A stretch of 52,780 nt of DNA from an uncultured Bacillota bacterium. Lineage in GTDB: Bacteria > Bacillota_I > Bacilli_A > RFN20 > CAG-826. Numbering within the stretch: the stretch's first letter is position 1; each line of letters begins with the position of its first letter. This document shows positions 49,586 through 52,780 of this stretch, piece after piece. The notes beneath the pieces were generated by a model. It was given only the letters and a program-made list of their open reading frames with translations. It was not told where the DNA came from and did no database searches. The DNA lies in assembly GCA_949291655.1 (NCBI GenBank), contig CASEWT010000002.1, positions 1 to 52,780 on the forward strand. The letters are read 5' to 3'. Made by a program: the position numbers and the translations under genes.

Positions 49586-50178
49586 TGAGGGAGCTCCCGA
49601 GCCTCGAAAAACTCGCTTTGTCCTTTTCCAAGCTCCCAGGCATCGGCTCGAAGAGCGCCGAACGCATGGCCTACGCCGTCCTTCGGATGGAGAAGGAAGA
49701 CCGCGACGCTTTCGCTTCCTCGATCAAGGAAGTCGGGGAGCGAATCGCCAAGTGCCCGGTTTGCGGGCTTTACCGGGAGGGGGATAGCTGTCCCTCTTGC
49801 GACGAGGAAGGGCGGGACCGGAGCCTTTTGTGCGTCGTCGAGGGCGACCGCGACGCGACGACCATCGAGAAAGCTGGCTACCGGGGGCTTTACCATGTCC
49901 TCGGCGGGGTCATCTCGCCAAGCAAGGGGCTCTTGCCCGAAGGGCTGAGCATCCAATTGCTTCTCGAACGGGTAAAAGCCGGGGGCTTTGAGGAAGTCAT
50001 CCTCGCGCTGAGCCCGACGATCGAGGGGGAAACAACTTCGCTTTACGTCTCGAGGCTCCTTTCGCCGACCGGCGTCAAAGTCACCCGGCTCGGTTACGGG
50101 TTACCGATGGGAGGCTCGCTCGACTATGCCGACGGGTTGACCATCGAGAAGGCTTTCGAGGGGAGGAAGAAAATCTGA
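49585..50178 (+). CDS. recR: Recombination protein RecR
   Basis: 197 aa with an HhH (LPGIGSKSAERMAY), a C4 zinc finger (CPVCG...CPSC) and a Toprim domain. Confidence 0.96.
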   Translation: MRELPSLEKLALSFSKLPGIGSKSAERMAYAVLRMEKEDRDAFASSIKEVGERIAKCPVCGLYREGDSCPSCDEEGRDRSLLCVVEGDRDATTIEKAGYRGLYHVLGGVISPSKGLLPEGLSIQLLLERVKAGGFEEVILALSPTIEGETTSLYVSRLLSPTGVKVTRLGYGLPMGGSLDYADGLTIEKAFEGRKKI

Positions 50179-50802
50179 ATGTTCATTACCTTTGAAGGCG
50201 GGGAAGGCTCCGGCAAGAGCACCGTCATAAAAGAGATTGCCAAGCGGATTTCCGAGGCGGGGCGGGAAGTCGTTTTGACCCGCGAGCCCGGCGGAACGCC
50301 GATCGGCGAGGAAATCCGGAACGTGATTCTTTCAAAAGCCAATACCTCCATGGATCCTAGGACGGAAGCCCTTCTTTATGCCGCTTCGCGGAGACAGCAC
50401 GTCGTCGAGAAGATCATTCCGGCCCTGAGGGAGGGGAAGGTCGTCATTTCCGACCGTTTCCTCGACTCCTCGCTTGCCTATCAAGGGATGGGAAGAGGCC
50501 TAGGGATGGCCGAGATTTACCAGCTCAATCTCTTCGCGACCGAAGGGCTTGAACCCGACCTTACCATTTATCTATCCCTCGACCCGGAAGCCGGCATCGA
50601 ACGGATCGAGGCCAATCCCAACCGGGAAATCAACCGCCTCGACCTCGAGAAGATGTCTTTCCACGAACTCGTCCACGAAGGGTTTGAGAAACTAGCCAAA
50701 GAGGACCCCTACCGCTTCGTGAAGGTCGACGCCTCAAATAGGGTCGAACAAGTGATTGAATCCTGCTGGGATGCCGTGGAAAAGAGGCTCCGTTGGCGAT
50801 GA
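50179..50802 (+). CDS. tmk: Thymidylate kinase
   Basis: 207 aa with MFITFEGGEGSGKST P-loop and the DRF motif. Confidence 0.95.
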   Translation: MFITFEGGEGSGKSTVIKEIAKRISEAGREVVLTREPGGTPIGEEIRNVILSKANTSMDPRTEALLYAASRRQHVVEKIIPALREGKVVISDRFLDSSLAYQGMGRGLGMAEIYQLNLFATEGLEPDLTIYLSLDPEAGIERIEANPNREINRLDLEKMSFHELVHEGFEKLAKEDPYRFVKVDASNRVEQVIESCWDAVEKRLRWR

Positions 50803-51779
50803 AATTCATCGATTATCTCCGCAAAACACAGCCCATTGCCCTGAAAGTGCTCACAGGCGCCTTTTCGAGCGGGCGCCTTGCCCACGCTTATCTATTGACC
50901 GGCGAACCCGGCCTGCCCCTCAAGGAAGCCGCCTATTACCTAGCCGAATCCTTCCTTTGCGAGCGCCCTTCTCCCCTTGCCTGCGAAAGTTGCAAAACCT
51001 GCGAACGGGTCCGCCGCGGCGGCTATGCCGACTTCCTTTTCGTCGATGGAAGCCTTTCCTCGATTAAGAAGGAAACGATCCAAGCCGTGATGGGCGACTT
51101 CTCGAAAACGCCCCTCGAGCGGCGAGGGATCATGGTCTATGTCATCCACTTGGTCGAAAATATGACCGTCGAGGCAGTGAATTCGCTCCTGAAGTTCCTC
51201 GAGGAACCGCCCAAGGGATGCTACGCCATCCTCACGAGCGAAAACCTGGCCCGAGTCCTTCCGACCATCGTTTCCCGAAGCGAGACGATCCGTTTCGTCA
51301 AGGCTCCCTACGATGACGTCGTCAAGAATGCCGTGGGCCTCGGGGTAAAGGAAGACGATGCCGCGCTCATGGCCCTTTTCCTCAATGACGGCGAGCTCAT
51401 CAAGGAAGCCGTCTCCGAAAGCGACTACTTAGAGAAAAAAGCCTTGTACGAAGAGGCGATGAACGATCTCGCCCGCCCGAAAGAAGAAGGCCTCTACCGG
51501 TTCGAGAAGGTCCTTCTTTCGCCCTTCGGCAAGAAGGAAGAGGCCAGGCGCCTTCTCATCTTGCTCGCGGCCCTTCTCAAGGACGCCGCCCTTCTCCAAG
51601 AAGGGATGGAACCGAAGATGGCTCCCTATGCTAAAATCATCAAGTCGATCGCCGAGAATCGCTACCATCTTCCATCGAGCCTCCGCGAGGCTCTCTTGGC
51701 CCGTTCCGAACTCGACATGAACATGGCCCCGAACCTTGTCATCGACCACCTAGCCCGCTTTATTTACAAGGACGCCTGA
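50793..51779 (+). CDS. holB: DNA polymerase III subunit delta-prime
   Basis: 328 aa with RLAHAYLLTG, a Cys cluster (CESCKTCERV) and PTIVSRS, which are the delta-prime/clamp-loader pattern. Confidence 0.85.
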   Translation: MAMKFIDYLRKTQPIALKVLTGAFSSGRLAHAYLLTGEPGLPLKEAAYYLAESFLCERPSPLACESCKTCERVRRGGYADFLFVDGSLSSIKKETIQAVMGDFSKTPLERRGIMVYVIHLVENMTVEAVNSLLKFLEEPPKGCYAILTSENLARVLPTIVSRSETIRFVKAPYDDVVKNAVGLGVKEDDAALMALFLNDGELIKEAVSESDYLEKKALYEEAMNDLARPKEEGLYRFEKVLLSPFGKKEEARRLLILLAALLKDAALLQEGMEPKMAPYAKIIKSIAENRYHLPSSLREALLARSELDMNMAPNLVIDHLARFIYKDA

Positions 51780-51780
51780 T

Positions 51781-52780
51781 ATGATTCCATCTCCCACGCA
51801 TTACGTAGCCATTCTCCTTCCCGGAACGAACAAGAAATACTTTTTCTCGACCTCGATCGAGGATTTGAAGCCCGGCGACGAGGTCGTCGTCGAAACGAGC
51901 GAAGGCCGGGGGGTCGGCAAGGTTCTTTCCGTGCCGGTAAAGCTCGCCAGCTATCCATCCGACATGCCTCTCAAACCGGTGCTGCGCCGCCCGACGGAAG
52001 ACGATTACGAAGCCGAGCGCATCAACCGCGACGGCGAAAAGGCCGCCCTCTACGTCGCCGAGCGGGAAATCAAAAAGCTCGGCCTCCCCATGCGCCCGAT
52101 GAGTGCCCATTTCGATCTCGAGGGAAGCAAATGCACGATCAATTTCACGAGCGACAACCGGGTCGATTTCCGGGAACTCGTCAAGATTCTCGCCCATGAG
52201 CTCGATTGTCGGATCGAGCTTCATCAGGTGGCCAGCCGCGACCGGGCCAAGATGGTCGGCGGCATCGGCATCTGCGGGCTCCCCCTTTGCTGCTCGACCT
52301 TCATTCAGGAGTTCTCGGGAATCAGCCTTTCTTTGGCCAAGAACCAGATGCTGACCATCAATATCCCCAAGCTTTCGGGCCACTGCGGGAAGCTCATTTG
52401 CTGCCTCGCCTACGAAGATCCGGTCTACACCGAGGAAAAGAAAGACTTCCCCCGCCTTGGCACGATGATTTCCATCGACGGAACCTCCTACAAAGTCGAT
52501 GGCTACAACGTCCTCTCGCGGACGGTCAAGCTCGTCGCCCCCGGCGATATCAAAAACGTCGCCCTCGAGGAATATCGCGACCTTGAGAAGCGCTCGGCCC
52601 AAGGCTATATCAAAAGGCCGGCGGTCGCCCCCGCGGCAAAACCGGCGGCCGGCGCAAGCGGCGAACGTACCCCGGCGACCAATGCTTCCCAGCCCGCCAG
52701 GAAAGACGAAAACCGTCCGTCAAGCCACCCGAACAACCAACAAAAACGGCCGCAAACACAGACTGGATTTTCCTCTCAAC
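51781..52780 (+). CDS. ricT: PSP1-domain protein RicT/YaaT (3' end beyond the window)
   Basis: My own translation from ATG 51781 gives MIPSPTHYVAILLPGTNKKYFFS...GICGLPLCCSTFIQEF...GHCGKLICCLAYED..., followed by a low-complexity tail. The ORF is open to the window edge, so it is absent from the track. It sits in the conserved position after holB. Confidence 0.85.
   Translation, partial: MIPSPTHYVAILLPGTNKKYFFSTSIEDLKPGDEVVVETSEGRGVGKVLSVPVKLASYPSDMPLKPVLRRPTEDDYEAERINRDGEKAALYVAEREIKKLGLPMRPMSAHFDLEGSKCTINFTSDNRVDFRELVKILAHELDCRIELHQVASRDRAKMVGGIGICGLPLCCSTFIQEFSGISLSLAKNQMLTINIPKLSGHCGKLICCLAYEDPVYTEEKKDFPRLGTMISIDGTSYKVDGYNVLSRTVKLVAPGDIKNVALEEYRDLEKRSAQGYIKRPAVAPAAKPAAGASGERTPATNASQPARKDENRPSSHPNNQQKRPQTQTGFSSQ

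Overview
A 52.8-kb chromosomal segment that looks G+C-rich by eye, with strong G/C bias at third codon positions. That bias produces many long spurious antisense ORFs in the track. Gene content and order are Bacillota (Firmicutes)-like and mostly housekeeping. In window order: rpsJ-rplC (start of the S10 operon); a queuosine salvage operon queT-tgt-queA-queH behind a preQ1-type riboswitch; prs; an operon of nadE, a GtrA-like gene and a flavoprotein; a RimK-like ATP-grasp gene; a phosphatase-Nudix fusion; mscL; cvpA; nrdD-trxB with convergent nrdG; two tandem lipoprotein genes; tRNA-Ala(CGC); rmuC; a Y-family polymerase with a YolD-like gene; two ECF-type sigma/anti-sigma pairs; an M29 aminopeptidase; folD plus a ThyX-like gene; secG; uvrB; prfB (with the +1 frameshift); secA; comFA-comFC; rpiB-tsaC-prmC-prfA; and dnaX-ybaB-recR-tmk-holB-ricT. 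I saw no CRISPR array, transposase, integrase, phage gene or recognisable toxin or defence gene. UGA is used as a stop codon, so the standard code applies. The items most worth follow-up are unusual domain fusions and small regulatory modules, not a large novel gene island: (1) NrdD with a C-terminal CPNC redoxin domain, translationally coupled to trxB, behind a long leader that ends in a terminator-like hairpin; (2) NadE with an N-terminal Phd/YefM-like domain; (3) a tyrosine-phosphatase-like/Nudix fusion next to it; (4) an ECF sigma module in which a 30-nt promoter-like motif occurs both before the sigma gene and before a downstream lipoprotein gene, and that lipoprotein looks paralogous to the anti-sigma sensor domain; (5) a ThyX-fold protein lacking the RHRxxS signature, coupled to folD; (6) several first-in-operon genes with TATAAT only 6-11 nt from the ATG, a leaderless signature. 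All function calls rest on my own reading of motifs. No database search was possible.
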